Part shown: positions 40,352-50,340 of the stretch, in pieces | Position numbering within the stretch: the stretch's first letter is position 1 | Layout: each line of letters opens with the position of its first letter | Origin: a virus | Strand: one strand, 5' to 3' | IMG/VR virus record: IMGVR_UViG_3300042502_000959 | Coordinates: 3,035-67,034 of that record | Length of the DNA: 64,000 bases | Notes under the pieces: generated by a model | What the model saw: only the letters and a program-made list of their open reading frames with translations | Told to the model about the DNA's origin: nothing | Database searches by the model: none | Program-made: the position numbers and the translations under genes

Positions 40352-40912
40352 ATGATCCTTACCAGACCTTTTCCAAACACAGAAATCATTGTAATAAAAG
40401 AGTTTGCAAGTGAAGAGGAAAATTCTATTATCTATGAATATCTTTATTCTATGTATCTTGCACAAAAAGAAAAAGATGATTCTTTAAAAAGACTAGATCT
40501 TGTAGACAAAAGTTTTGAAACGATTAACAGGTTAGAAAAAAGATACACAGAATTTGCAAAAGAAAACCTGTTTTTTGTTGTAGAGCCCAGCTTTACTACT
40601 TTAAAAAATTATGTATATTGGGAAGCTGGAAAAGAAATGGCTCCTCATTATGATAATTTTCATGTAGAACATGCATTTCCAGTAATGTATGGTTGCATAT
40701 ACTATATAAATGATAATTTTAATGGGGGAGAGCTCCACTACCCTGGCTTGGGGGTATCCTATAAGCCAGTAGCTAGGGACATGCTTATTCATCCAGGCAC
40801 AAAAGAGTATAGCCACGGAGTAAGGGCGGTAGATGAGGGAGTAAGGATTACTGCTTCGTCTTTTATTACCAAAAAAGACATGAGTGATGAAAGATTTACA
40901 TTTGAGGGCTAG
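40352..40912 (+). CDS. 2OG-Fe(II) oxygenase (P4H-like)
   Basis: HYD, YINDNFNGGELHY, HGV..V..G.R; leaderless ATG 40352. Confidence 0.85.
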   Translation: MILTRPFPNTEIIVIKEFASEEENSIIYEYLYSMYLAQKEKDDSLKRLDLVDKSFETINRLEKRYTEFAKENLFFVVEPSFTTLKNYVYWEAGKEMAPHYDNFHVEHAFPVMYGCIYYINDNFNGGELHYPGLGVSYKPVARDMLIHPGTKEYSHGVRAVDEGVRITASSFITKKDMSDERFTFEG

Positions 40913-41015
40913 ACCGCCCCAATACAAATGATGACAAGCCCTGCCAAAACTTTAAATCTTAATGATATAATAAACCTATGTTCTAATTTGTTAGGACATA
41001 TAATTAAGGAGATTT

Positions 41016-41675
41016 ATGGCAAAAACACAATACCCGATTGATGGGAAAAAAGGAAAGGCTTGGAAGATTACAAGTCCTTTTGGATGGAGGGTGCATCCTA
41101 TTGAAAAAATCAAGAAGCATCATAATGGCACGGACCTTTGGGGCAGCAATCCAAAGATCTATTGCGAAGCTTGGCACGACGGCACAGTCGTTTATGCTGG
41201 CCCATCAAAGCTAAAGAACGCTGACGGCTCTCTAGGGGGCGTAGGATACTATGTAGACCTACGCTGCAAGGTTAATGGTGTTTGGTACGTTGCTCGCTAT
41301 GGACACATGGAAGAGGGTTCATTAAAGGTCAAGACTGGTCAAAAGGTTGAGGCTGGAACTATTCTTGGAATCATGGGAAACACTGGCGCATCTGCTGGTC
41401 GTCACCTCCACTTCGAGATTGTTGAAGGCAAGGTCCACCGCTGGGATCTAAACGGCAAGGGCTTTGTTAGTCCAATCGAGTTTGTTGAAGCTGTAATGGC
41501 TTATGAAAAACTAAGAGACTCTGCTCCAGCTGCAACTCCAGAGGACGGTATTGTTGATGAGACCCCACCAAGCTTTGATGCATCTAGTCTAAAAGCAAAA
41601 AAGAAACCAACTGGAAAGCTAGTAAACCCAGTTCCAGGTTTTGGTGGCACAGCTAAGAAAAACCCAACAAAATAA
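41016..41675 (+). CDS. M23 family peptidase (endolysin-like)
   Basis: ITSPFGWR.HP, HNGTD, YGHM, GNTG.S.GRHLHFEI. Confidence 0.9.
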   Translation: MAKTQYPIDGKKGKAWKITSPFGWRVHPIEKIKKHHNGTDLWGSNPKIYCEAWHDGTVVYAGPSKLKNADGSLGGVGYYVDLRCKVNGVWYVARYGHMEEGSLKVKTGQKVEAGTILGIMGNTGASAGRHLHFEIVEGKVHRWDLNGKGFVSPIEFVEAVMAYEKLRDSAPAATPEDGIVDETPPSFDASSLKAKKKPTGKLVNPVPGFGGTAKKNPTK

Positions 41676-41686
41676 TTTATAGGAAA

Positions 41687-41730
41687 GTGTTCCTCACATA
41701 AATTTAATATTTGTGTGGGGGCATTTTTAT
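41687..41730 (+). terminator. Probable terminator
   Basis: TGTTCCTCACATAAAT/ATTTGTGTGGGGGCA imperfect stem then TTTTT. Confidence 0.55.
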
Positions 41731-41846
41731 ATTCATAAACAAACATATAAAGCATTTTTTATCTATTAATGTTATAATAAGATGTACGCTGAAAAGCGGT
41801 AACAATACACATTCCAAATAATTATGGAAAACTAAGGAGATTTAAT

Positions 41847-42524
41847 ATGACAACTTGGATAAGGCCAGTAGATGGCGGTTCAATTTCAGACGGCTTTGAA
41901 GGTCACAAGAACAGAGCAAAGCCAGCCCTCAACCCAGGAATAGACTATGCGGTTGGTACTGGTACACCAGTAAAAGCAGTTGCCGATGGAACTGTGACTG
42001 GTATTGTTACAACATTCACTGGCTCTGGTGGCATGATGATATTCCTAAGCTTCCCTTCAGGTCACACAGCAGACTACTTACATCTTTCACGTATTGATGT
42101 TACGCCAGGACAGGCAGTAAAGCAAGGTCAAGTACTTGGTCTCTCTGGTGGCTCAGGACTGGGCTCAATGACTGGCTACGGAGCACACCTTCACTTCTCT
42201 TTCCGTGTTGGCGGTAAACCAACAATGGGTGCTGGAAACATTGACTACGAGGCTTTCCGTGGAGCACCTACAAGTGCTGCACCTGCTGCACCAGCAAAGG
42301 CACCAGCTGCACCTGCTAGTGGATCAAGACCTTATCCTGGCAAAGAGCTAAAGCAAGGAGCTCCAGAGGGGCCAGACGTTCTTCACTTACAAAACAAACT
42401 AGGCGTAAGCCCCACTGGCCCATTTGGTCCAAAAACTCACGCTGCTGTTGTTGCTTTCCAAAAGAAGCACAAGTTGCTGGCTGACGGTATCGTCGGTCCT
42501 CTAACTTGGTCCAAATTAAAATAA
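41847..42524 (+). CDS. M23 peptidase with C-terminal peptidoglycan-binding domain (endolysin)
   Basis: NPGID, YLHL, AHLHFS; FQKKH.L.ADGIVGPLTW. Confidence 0.88.
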   Translation: MTTWIRPVDGGSISDGFEGHKNRAKPALNPGIDYAVGTGTPVKAVADGTVTGIVTTFTGSGGMMIFLSFPSGHTADYLHLSRIDVTPGQAVKQGQVLGLSGGSGLGSMTGYGAHLHFSFRVGGKPTMGAGNIDYEAFRGAPTSAAPAAPAKAPAAPASGSRPYPGKELKQGAPEGPDVLHLQNKLGVSPTGPFGPKTHAAVVAFQKKHKLLADGIVGPLTWSKLK

Positions 42525-42587
42525 CCGAGAACGGTACCTGTTGGCTTTAGTAAAATAAAGCAAACTCTAATAAAATAAGGAGAAAAA

Positions 42588-43334
42588 ATGACATGGTATC
42601 CAAAAGTATCAGGCATTAAAGACAACGGATTTGGAGGCAGTCGTAACGGACAGCCAATAAACGGTGTAGTGATTCACCACGTTGCAGGAACTAACGGATT
42701 GGGATATGTTGCGAATGCTAATACTCGCAACTCTCATCCAACTTATCACATTGCAAACAGCGGGGCTGTGACTGGAATTGTTAATCCAGATCGCAGACCA
42801 TACTCAACAGGCGGAAGCCCTGACCCTAATGCTGTAACATTTGAGATTGATAACTCATCTGCTGGAGGGGATTGGCCAGTTTCAACTGCTGCATTAGAAG
42901 CACTTGTTGACGTAATTGTTTATCACGCCAGTCAGTCGCCTAGGGCTGGAAAAGGCTTTGCTAAGAACGAACCATCAGTTAAACAATCAGAGTTCTTTAT
43001 AGCTTGGCACTCACAATACAAGGCTACTGCTTGCCCTGGACCTTTCATAATGTCTCAGCTTGACTACATAGTGGATCAGTGCAACAAAAAAGCTTCTGGT
43101 GTTGCACCTGCTTCTACTCCAGCTCCAGCAGCAATTCCAACAAAACCAAGACTAACTAATTCTTTAAGAAGAGGGTCGACTGGTGCAAACGTCAGATACC
43201 TTCAGACAATTCTTGGAATTAAGTCCGACGGTCAGTTTGGCCCCATTACTGATAGATCGGTTAGGGCATTCCAGGCAGCACAGGGAATCAAAGTTGACGG
43301 AATTGTTGGTCCAATTACTTGGTCAAGGTTGTAA
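42588..43334 (+). CDS. N-acetylmuramoyl-L-alanine amidase with PG-binding domain (endolysin)
   Basis: VVIHH, TFEI, H...ATACPG; DGQFGP and DGIVGPITW repeats. Confidence 0.88.
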   Translation: MTWYPKVSGIKDNGFGGSRNGQPINGVVIHHVAGTNGLGYVANANTRNSHPTYHIANSGAVTGIVNPDRRPYSTGGSPDPNAVTFEIDNSSAGGDWPVSTAALEALVDVIVYHASQSPRAGKGFAKNEPSVKQSEFFIAWHSQYKATACPGPFIMSQLDYIVDQCNKKASGVAPASTPAPAAIPTKPRLTNSLRRGSTGANVRYLQTILGIKSDGQFGPITDRSVRAFQAAQGIKVDGIVGPITWSRL

Positions 43335-43370
43335 ACTTTATAACTTTGTGCTAAAATGTAATAGATAAAT

Positions 43371-43556
43371 ATGCCTATATACGAGTATGAGTGTTCAGAT
43401 TGCAAGCAACGCTATACGTTTGATCGGGGAATCAATGATAAAGATCCTGGATATGAATGTAAGGCTTGCAGCCTGAGCCTCACTCGTGTATACTCGTTAG
43501 GTGCCGTTACATTTAATGGCAGTGGATTCTATAGAACGGATAGTCGGGCTAAGTAA
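43371..43556 (+). CDS. FmdB-family zinc ribbon protein
   Basis: MPIYEYECSDC...CKAC...FNGSGFYRTDSR. Confidence 0.88.
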   Translation: MPIYEYECSDCKQRYTFDRGINDKDPGYECKACSLSLTRVYSLGAVTFNGSGFYRTDSRAK

Positions 43557-43557
43557 A

Positions 43558-44370
43558 ATGAAGACCCCAGAAATTATTAATTTTATAAGCATCCAGGACA
43601 TCTCTGACAACATCTCTTTATATAAGGATATTCTTATTCGGGATGGTGTTTTGGTTTTTAGGGATGCAAATCTTTCCCACGAAGATCACGGAATAGTTAG
43701 CAATAATATAAATAACCATTTTGGTATATATGACGAGGGAGATTTTGATGGATATCTAGAAAATCATTCTAAAACCAGTAAAAATAGTTATAAAAAATTC
43801 GGTCCAGATGACATAATGTTGCCTTGGCATATAGAGAATCCAACCTACAGTAACCCAATTGTTCTTGGAGCATGGAACATGCATAAATTTAAAACAAACG
43901 AAGAAAATGGCAAAACATATTTTGTAAATAGTAAATTACTATATAAAGAAATGCCAGACAGATTTAAAGACTTTATTGGTAAGTGTGTAATATACGATGA
44001 CGTAGCCAGTCGAGGAGAAAAACAAACACATAAAGTGATTCACAGCCACTGGCTAACTAGCGAGCCAGTAATCAGAACAAGTTTTGTTTATTCAGAAAAC
44101 AATCAAATCCTTTATTCTGTAGATGGAGAGGTCCCTTCTGTAAATGACCTCATCATCTATGACGAGGCCATGACTTGGATACGTAATCAGCTTTATGATA
44201 ATCTAGACATAAGAATTGTTCATAAGTGGAAGCAGGGAGATCTAGTTATTCCAGATATGTTTGTCATGTATCATGCCGTTACTGGAGGATTTACCCCAGA
44301 CGAAAGAGAGTTTGTTGGCATTTGGAGTCGTAGAGACAAAAAAAATGTGGAGGTACAGAGTGATAGGTGA
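43558..44370 (+). CDS. TauD/TfdA-family dioxygenase
   Basis: GVLVFRD, WHIE, G.TYFV, HKWKQGDLVIPD..YHAV. Confidence 0.8.
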   Translation: MKTPEIINFISIQDISDNISLYKDILIRDGVLVFRDANLSHEDHGIVSNNINNHFGIYDEGDFDGYLENHSKTSKNSYKKFGPDDIMLPWHIENPTYSNPIVLGAWNMHKFKTNEENGKTYFVNSKLLYKEMPDRFKDFIGKCVIYDDVASRGEKQTHKVIHSHWLTSEPVIRTSFVYSENNQILYSVDGEVPSVNDLIIYDEAMTWIRNQLYDNLDIRIVHKWKQGDLVIPDMFVMYHAVTGGFTPDEREFVGIWSRRDKKNVEVQSDR

Positions 44371-44605
44371 AACCAAAGAGGCAAAAAAAGAATATCAACT
44401 TAATGCATCAGACCGTTGCGACTCTTGTGGAGCACAAGCCTATATCTGGGCTAATGGTTTAAACGGAGACTTAATGTTTTGTGCACATCACTATGAAGGA
44501 ATTATGGCAAATGCTGTGGGGTATGACGGGATGATGAAATTTGCAATAGAAGTTGTTGACGAGCGTGAAAAACTTATTGAAAATAGATTGAAAGTAGATG
44601 AGTAG
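44360..44605 (+). CDS. Small actinobacterial-type Cys/His protein (DUF7455-like)
   Basis: GGAGG then GTG 44360; LNASDRCDSCGAQAY..LMFCAHH. Confidence 0.7.
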   Translation: MIGETKEAKKEYQLNASDRCDSCGAQAYIWANGLNGDLMFCAHHYEGIMANAVGYDGMMKFAIEVVDEREKLIENRLKVDE

Positions 44606-44607
44606 CC

Positions 44608-45036
44608 ATGGACTATCTTTTGGGATTTTTAGTGGCAATTGGAATGCTTCTATTTTTTAGGTTTGTGGCTCCCAAAGTAATATCTAAAGACTTTGGCAAC
44701 AAGGTACGTTATAGCCAAAGCCATATACACGAAATGATAAAATATAACATTCCAGAATCAATGTTTTATCCTATAAAAAGACCTAGCCAATCCTCCCGCC
44801 ATGAAAAAAGCATTAATCTTAGGGTTCTTTTTATAGAAAAAGAAGCTTATTGGATTAAAGAGAATGCCCTTTTTATTGCGGAACAAGAAGACGGCATCGT
44901 ACAAGAGGGCACAGCTAGGAGAGTTGACACAATGGGTATGAATAGGGTACAATTAGAGAAGTTAATCTACATCGTAGATACTCTAAACGAAGGAACCGAC
45001 AATGATCGTGGCTATACAGGGAACAAAGGCTTTTGA
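44608..45036 (+). CDS. Membrane-anchored hypothetical protein
   Basis: N-terminal TM, 142 aa. Confidence 0.65.
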   Translation: MDYLLGFLVAIGMLLFFRFVAPKVISKDFGNKVRYSQSHIHEMIKYNIPESMFYPIKRPSQSSRHEKSINLRVLFIEKEAYWIKENALFIAEQEDGIVQEGTARRVDTMGMNRVQLEKLIYIVDTLNEGTDNDRGYTGNKGF

Positions 45037-45352
45037 CCTATACCCTGTATTTTTGCGAGCCATGGGTGTAGCCCTTTCAAATCTACCAGATGAAGATAAA
45101 GAGTTTTACATTTATTCTGCAGGGCCTTCACAAATAAATTCTATGTGTTCAGAATTTTCTAATATTTCTGAAAGAGGTCTCAGGGCACGTGGAATTAAGA
45201 TAAAGATGATAAAGGTACCGCCAAGTTGGATAAAAGAAAACATACATAGCGTTAATTATTTTGCGTTCTTTAGTAAGCCTAAAGAGCCCGTATCAACAAT
45301 AGTGTCATATGCAGAAAGCAAAGATGCTAAAGTTGGAATTTACCGCTATTAA
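45002..45352 (+). CDS. SLOG/YspA-like protein
   Basis: MIVAIQGTKAF..Y..F..AM Rossmannoid start. Confidence 0.5.
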   Translation: MIVAIQGTKAFDLYPVFLRAMGVALSNLPDEDKEFYIYSAGPSQINSMCSEFSNISERGLRARGIKIKMIKVPPSWIKENIHSVNYFAFFSKPKEPVSTIVSYAESKDAKVGIYRY

Positions 45353-45371
45353 ACAAAAGAGAGAAAAGATC

Positions 45372-45593
45372 ATGGTCATCAAAACAATTGAAGAAATGGA
45401 AAAGTTTGTTTCATCAAACAAAAATTTTTCTTGGGACGGTTGGACTGTTTTAAAAACATATAAGTCTGATAAGGCTAGAACATCTTCTAGTGGCGTCTGC
45501 ATTAGCGGAGACTGGTTTATCCAGGAAAGGTTCGCTCCTGGTATTGATGGCTGGGTTATTCCAGAAAGTATAGTTCCCAATGGGAAGGCATGA
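45372..45593 (+). CDS. Hypothetical protein
   Basis: GAGAG RBS, SWDGWTV motif, overlaps whiB start. Confidence 0.65.
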   Translation: MVIKTIEEMEKFVSSNKNFSWDGWTVLKTYKSDKARTSSSGVCISGDWFIQERFAPGIDGWVIPESIVPNGKA

Positions 45594-45867
45594 GTGGAAA
45601 GATGAAGGCTCGTGCAAGGGCTACGACACAAATCTATTCTTTGATAAATATGAAGAAGATATTGCCCTTCGTCCTGCGATTGACAAACTTTGTGCTGGTT
45701 GTCCAGTATCAAGGCAGTGCTTTGCTGTCGGAGTTTCTCAAAAAGAATGGGGAGTCTGGGGAGGAATATTTCTTGAAAATGGAAAAATATCTAGAGAATT
45801 TGCCAAGCATAGAAGCAAAGAACAATGGGCCGAAACTTGGAAGAGCTTAACGATGGAGGATAACTAA
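45580..45867 (+). CDS. whiB: WhiB-family transcription factor
   Basis: W...GSC..TNLFF..CAGCPV..QC..WGVWGG. Confidence 0.92.
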   Translation: MGRHEWKDEGSCKGYDTNLFFDKYEEDIALRPAIDKLCAGCPVSRQCFAVGVSQKEWGVWGGIFLENGKISREFAKHRSKEQWAETWKSLTMEDN

Positions 45868-46091
45868 TGGAGCTGTGGTCATGGATACTTGCTGCTATTG
45901 GTGTATCTGGAATTTATTTTGTTGGCAGAAAAACTATTTGGGGCTGGCTTGTCCTATTATTTAATGAGGCTATTTGGATTGCCTATGCATTGGTTACCGA
46001 ACAGTATGGCTTTATTGTTTCTGCCGTCGCTTATGCAGCGGTATACATCAGATCTTATCTACACTGGAAAGAGGATTCACATGTACACTGA
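45867..46091 (+). CDS. Small three-TM membrane protein (PnuC/SemiSWEET-like size)
   Basis: 74 aa hydrophobic, WGWLV..NEAIWIAYA..QYGF. Confidence 0.65.
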   Translation: MELWSWILAAIGVSGIYFVGRKTIWGWLVLLFNEAIWIAYALVTEQYGFIVSAVAYAAVYIRSYLHWKEDSHVH

Positions 46092-46320
46092 TGCGATGAA
46101 AAGGGCATTTCATTCTTTGGCTCACTATGCACCAAAAGGATTTTACCTACAAGTAATTGATAATGAACACTTCATTAGCGTTAAAGCACAAGAAAAAATG
46201 TTTATGCTTTTAACTGGAGAAGGAAAGAAGCAAGCTGTAGAGTATATGATCAGAGTTAAAAAGGCACTAGAAGACAACGGTGCAATCGTTTTACTTGTTA
46301 GAGAGGGTGGAGAAGAATGA
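46081..46320 (+). CDS. Hypothetical protein
   Basis: GAGG RBS then ATG 46081 MYTDAMKRAF. Confidence 0.65.
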   Translation: MYTDAMKRAFHSLAHYAPKGFYLQVIDNEHFISVKAQEKMFMLLTGEGKKQAVEYMIRVKKALEDNGAIVLLVREGGEE

Positions 46321-46748
46321 TTCTAGATTTTATTGCTTTTCTATTTTTAGTGGTAGTAATCGTTGCTTTAATTATTATTGCAATAAATCTAAAAATAAAG
46401 AATAGAAGGCTGGCTGTTGAACTTCTTCAGTCAACCATAGATCACAACATAGCATTAACAATGTTTGCAGAAGAACTTAAAGAAAAACAAAATGTTTCAG
46501 TGGAAAAAACTGATGGGTTCTTAAAGTTTATTTCTGAGTCAAGGGATCTTGCCTTTCAATATATAGAAAAGGTACAGGAGTCTGTTGCTAAATTTAAGAC
46601 TAAGATGGACCCAGAAATAAAATATATGCTTTCCTATGGAGCAGCCGCTGGAGATAATCTTTACCTAAAATCATTTAGGAAAATTGAAAAAGCGTATGCA
46701 GAGCTACTTCATGAAGCTCTGCCACCAGAAGAAAATAAAAAGAATTAA
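46317..46748 (+). CDS. Membrane-anchored hypothetical protein
   Basis: N-terminal TM plus helical domain. Confidence 0.65.
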   Translation: MILDFIAFLFLVVVIVALIIIAINLKIKNRRLAVELLQSTIDHNIALTMFAEELKEKQNVSVEKTDGFLKFISESRDLAFQYIEKVQESVAKFKTKMDPEIKYMLSYGAAAGDNLYLKSFRKIEKAYAELLHEALPPEENKKN

Positions 46749-46792
46749 GGTTTCTATACAAAAGTATGGGAAAAGTAAAAACAAGGAGAAAA

Positions 46793-47092
46793 ATGAATAC
46801 AAAAGAAATCAAGGCAATCGCAGACTCGTATCTACGTAACCTGCTAGGTGTAGCCCTAGCACTGATTACCACAACAATGGCAAACTCTGGATTGGCTTCG
46901 CCTCTAGACTTTGGCACTGGAGAATGGCTAACTGTAGCCAATGGTTTGTGGGCAGCAGCTGTACCAACAATTCTACGCTATGTAAACAAGCAAGATCCAG
47001 CTTTTGGACTAATTGCTGAAGTAGCTACCAAAGAGGTCTCAAAGAAGCTCTCAGAGGCTGCTAAGAAGAAGACAGCAACAAAGAAGAAGTAA
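46793..47092 (+). CDS. Holin-like membrane protein
   Basis: AAGGAG RBS; SYLR..TM..WAA.VP.ILRYVN..DPAFG, basic tail. Confidence 0.65.
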   Translation: MNTKEIKAIADSYLRNLLGVALALITTTMANSGLASPLDFGTGEWLTVANGLWAAAVPTILRYVNKQDPAFGLIAEVATKEVSKKLSEAAKKKTATKKK

Positions 47093-47107
47093 TTAAACAA
47101 AACAAGG

Positions 47108-47139
47108 AACAGGTCATCTTTTTGGTGGCCTGTTTTTTG
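47108..47139 (+). terminator. Rho-independent terminator
   Basis: AACAGGTCATC-TTTTT-GGTGGCCTGTT then TTTT. Confidence 0.8.
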
Positions 47140-47159
47140 TATGATAGAATTGGTTAAGT

Positions 47160-47870
47160 ATGTCTAATTTAAAGGTTGCAATAGTAATGCTGACTTGGCA
47201 AAGACTAGAAAGGTTGCCAGAGTCTTTAGAAATGCTGTCTAAGCAAACTAACAATAATTTTTCTTTATATATCTCTAATTCAAACCTTGAGGAGATTTCC
47301 AGGGTAGAGGAGTTGGTAACTCCATTTAAACAAAACCTAAGTATTAATCTTACACATGATAGCAATGAGCTATATTCCTTTAGACGGCTCTTCATAGGGA
47401 AAGATCTAGCAGAAAAAGGCTTTGAGGTAATCTTGTTTTTAGATGATGACGTAATAATCCCAGAAAACTATGTGGATCAATTGCTAAACCATTTTGAACC
47501 AAACTCCTACAAATCAGCTTACGCTTGGAAATTTTTAGAGAATGGTAAAAACTATTACAGAAATCGTGTCAGAATAGATAATGCCAACTCGAAAGTTCAT
47601 TATTGCGGTACAGCAGTATCTATAATAGATGCCAAAATATTTTTAGAAAATGGACTATTTGCTGTTGATTCAGAAGTACATAAAATAGAAGACCTCTGGA
47701 TGTCTTACTATGCAGACCATGTTCTTGGATGGAAGCTAGAGTATATTCACATAAACAATCTGTCTATTGGTGGCAATGATAGCGTTGCCCTGAGTAAATT
47801 AGTAAAAAGAGACAGAACCAATAAAGCTGTTCTTTTAAGAAAACTAGTTGGTACTGGCTGGAAGATTTAA
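47160..47870 (+). CDS. Glycosyltransferase family 2
   Basis: VAIVMLTWQR, LFLDDDV, EDLW. Confidence 0.8.
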   Translation: MSNLKVAIVMLTWQRLERLPESLEMLSKQTNNNFSLYISNSNLEEISRVEELVTPFKQNLSINLTHDSNELYSFRRLFIGKDLAEKGFEVILFLDDDVIIPENYVDQLLNHFEPNSYKSAYAWKFLENGKNYYRNRVRIDNANSKVHYCGTAVSIIDAKIFLENGLFAVDSEVHKIEDLWMSYYADHVLGWKLEYIHINNLSIGGNDSVALSKLVKRDRTNKAVLLRKLVGTGWKI

Positions 47871-48890
47871 AAGAATATCTAAGTATTTTTGCTTTAAAGA
47901 TTCGCTAGAAAACTTTGAATATCCAACATCAAAAGCTGCCTTTTTTGCTTCTGTTTGATCATTAGACATATAATGATCTATCTTGGCTGCAAGCAAAACT
48001 GGATCGGCAGAATAGACATCTAGCATAGTCCTTGTCATTAGCTCACCTACCTTGTGAGACGCTACAAGCCAATCTGAGGGCAGAACTTGGTTGTTTGGTG
48101 ATATATCAGTCATAAAGACTGGCAGGCCGCTCAGGAGCGCCTCATTCATTGGCAGGCATAGTCCAGCATATCTTCTTGGCAAGATCATTGCGTCGTATCC
48201 AGAATATAAGTCCTTCTGGTCTTTAACGTTATCAGAAATAATCTTAATTCTATCGTCATTTATGTTGTATTCAAGCTTATCTTGGCATCTAATCTCTAGG
48301 GTAAAGTCTTCTTTTGAATATTTCATCATTTCAATTACTGTATCTGTACCGTTTCTATCCATCACAGCAACTTTTCCAGCAATATGCAAAAGCTTCCTTG
48401 TTGATCTTGAATTTATTTTCCTGACATCTTCGAATGTTCTATGGTCGGTTGGTGGTGGTAGGTGAATTACACTACAAGATTGACCAAATTTTCTTACAAC
48501 GTCATCCAGATTCCACTTACTTGGAGATAACAAGATGTCTGGTAGTGCCAGCCTAGGGCTTTGCAAATTATCTAAAAACTCATAGTTATATTGTAATATA
48601 GTCTTAACACCACTTTGCTTAGCTAACTTTGGAAAATTTTTATTATAGAAAATTTCACAACTAATGACTACGTCTAGATTTTTTAAGAACTCTAGGGCCA
48701 CTGAGTCACCAATAAAACCTAGATTAGTCTGGACATTGTAGTTGCTATACCAGTCTGGATTTTGTGTATTTTGATTAAAAGAGCTAGAGTCTATTAGCAA
48801 TATTTTGCTAGGATTTAGCATGTATGCTAATTCTCTAGTCTGATTCCCCAAGCCAGAATTATCTGATCTAGCAATAAGTCCTATTCTCAT
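47844..48890 (-). CDS. Glycosyltransferase (GT-B, GT4-like)
   Basis: MRIGLIA..SGLG, DAMILP..AGLCLPMNEALLSGLPV. Confidence 0.82.
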   Translation of the reverse strand: MRIGLIARSDNSGLGNQTRELAYMLNPSKILLIDSSSFNQNTQNPDWYSNYNVQTNLGFIGDSVALEFLKNLDVVISCEIFYNKNFPKLAKQSGVKTILQYNYEFLDNLQSPRLALPDILLSPSKWNLDDVVRKFGQSCSVIHLPPPTDHRTFEDVRKINSRSTRKLLHIAGKVAVMDRNGTDTVIEMMKYSKEDFTLEIRCQDKLEYNINDDRIKIISDNVKDQKDLYSGYDAMILPRRYAGLCLPMNEALLSGLPVFMTDISPNNQVLPSDWLVASHKVGELMTRTMLDVYSADPVLLAAKIDHYMSNDQTEAKKAAFDVGYSKFSSESLKQKYLDILLNLPASTN

Positions 48891-49552
48891 AGATCCATTT
48901 CTTTGTATAGCTGCTTCAATCCTTTTAGTGTTCCAATGTCCATATACTTGCCACCAGGCCTTACCGCTCTGATGTCGGCACTGTTGGATAACCATTCTTT
49001 TAGTTGTTTTCCAGGGTGGTCTAGCGTTGTGTCTAAGTGTTTAATCATGTTTTTACTAAACATCATGGTTCCCCACATGTCTAGGTAATCACAATTTTCT
49101 ACCTTATCTTCAGACTGGATTACTTTATTGCCAGACAATAATACCTGCCCAACACGACCCTTTAACTCATCTGTGCATTCCCAAACGCCCAAGACTAAGT
49201 CGGCATCTGTCTCTTTCATCATTTCTTTATAAATGTTTACTGGTGTATTTATTATGTAGGTATCTGGCATACCAACAAGTATAGTATCGTTATAGTCACC
49301 AACCATAAATTTAATTGCATCAGACATTGTGGTAGGTTCACGAACAATTAGCTTAATGTTCATGTCCATATTTTGTACAATAGGAACCCACTCAGGCCTA
49401 GTTGATACACGAACTTCATCGCATACTTCTAGCATTTGTTCTACATGCCACTGAAGCAAAGATCTTTCATCCGAAATAGGCAAACAAAATTTTGGTATAC
49501 CACCAATTCGAGATGCTTTTCCAGATGCTGGTAAGACTCCTATTGTATGCAT
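48887..49552 (-). CDS. Sugar-phosphate nucleotidyltransferase (RmlA-like)
   Basis: GVLPASGKASRIGGIPKFCLP, YMDIGT. Confidence 0.85.
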   Translation of the reverse strand: MHTIGVLPASGKASRIGGIPKFCLPISDERSLLQWHVEQMLEVCDEVRVSTRPEWVPIVQNMDMNIKLIVREPTTMSDAIKFMVGDYNDTILVGMPDTYIINTPVNIYKEMMKETDADLVLGVWECTDELKGRVGQVLLSGNKVIQSEDKVENCDYLDMWGTMMFSKNMIKHLDTTLDHPGKQLKEWLSNSADIRAVRPGGKYMDIGTLKGLKQLYKEMDL

Positions 49553-50340
49553 TAGCTTAAACCATAATTTTTCTTTAGAGTAGCTATATCATTGACTGGC
49601 CAGTAGTCTAAAGATTTAGTAGGATCATTAAATGGATACTTATATTCTCCCCAGCCTTCTCTTGTTCTATCCCCACCCCATTTAGACTTAAAGTAATCAT
49701 GAACACCGTCAATATTTATCTTTAGACCATCTATTGTTGCACCACCATCTACCTGACATGTAACATCAACCTCTGCCGTTGCAGCACTAATTCTCATAAC
49801 ATAACTTATTGGGGTATTAGAGTGTATAAACTGACTACGCCAGGATACTACAAGGTCTGATTCAGTATCTGGCATAGACTGTTCTTCAAGCAGTCTGCAC
49901 CTATGATCCCAGTCACAATCATCAAAGTTATATGGATAAAAGTTTTCATCAAAATATCCAATTGCACTAACCAGCTTCTTGTTTATTCCACAAAGATGCC
50001 ATCCGTGTTGTGTTCTAAACATTACACCATTAAATCCTTTAAGCATTTCAATAATGTGTGAAAAGGGCTGATTAAACAACATTGAAGAGGAGACAACAAA
50101 AGTCCAATCATGGTTCTTTTTTAATGCGATGTTCCATGCTCTTGCTAGCCCAATATTTTCCGACTGATACTCTACCTGGAACCCGTATTGTTTTTCAAAT
50201 ACTTCGCATTCTCTATTGCCACTATTATCTATAAGCAAAACATTTTTATCTTTTATGGACTCCATGCATTTGTAAATTCTCTCTGTTACTTTATAGATGG
50301 GAATACAAATTAAATAATCAATTTTGGTATCTGTTTCCAT
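49552..50340 (-). CDS. Glycosyltransferase family 2-like
   Basis: LLIDNS, NIGLARAWN, IGYFDENFYP..FDDCDW..R. Confidence 0.78.
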   Translation of the reverse strand: METDTKIDYLICIPIYKVTERIYKCMESIKDKNVLLIDNSGNRECEVFEKQYGFQVEYQSENIGLARAWNIALKKNHDWTFVVSSSMLFNQPFSHIIEMLKGFNGVMFRTQHGWHLCGINKKLVSAIGYFDENFYPYNFDDCDWDHRCRLLEEQSMPDTESDLVVSWRSQFIHSNTPISYVMRISAATAEVDVTCQVDGGATIDGLKINIDGVHDYFKSKWGGDRTREGWGEYKYPFNDPTKSLDYWPVNDIATLKKNYGLS

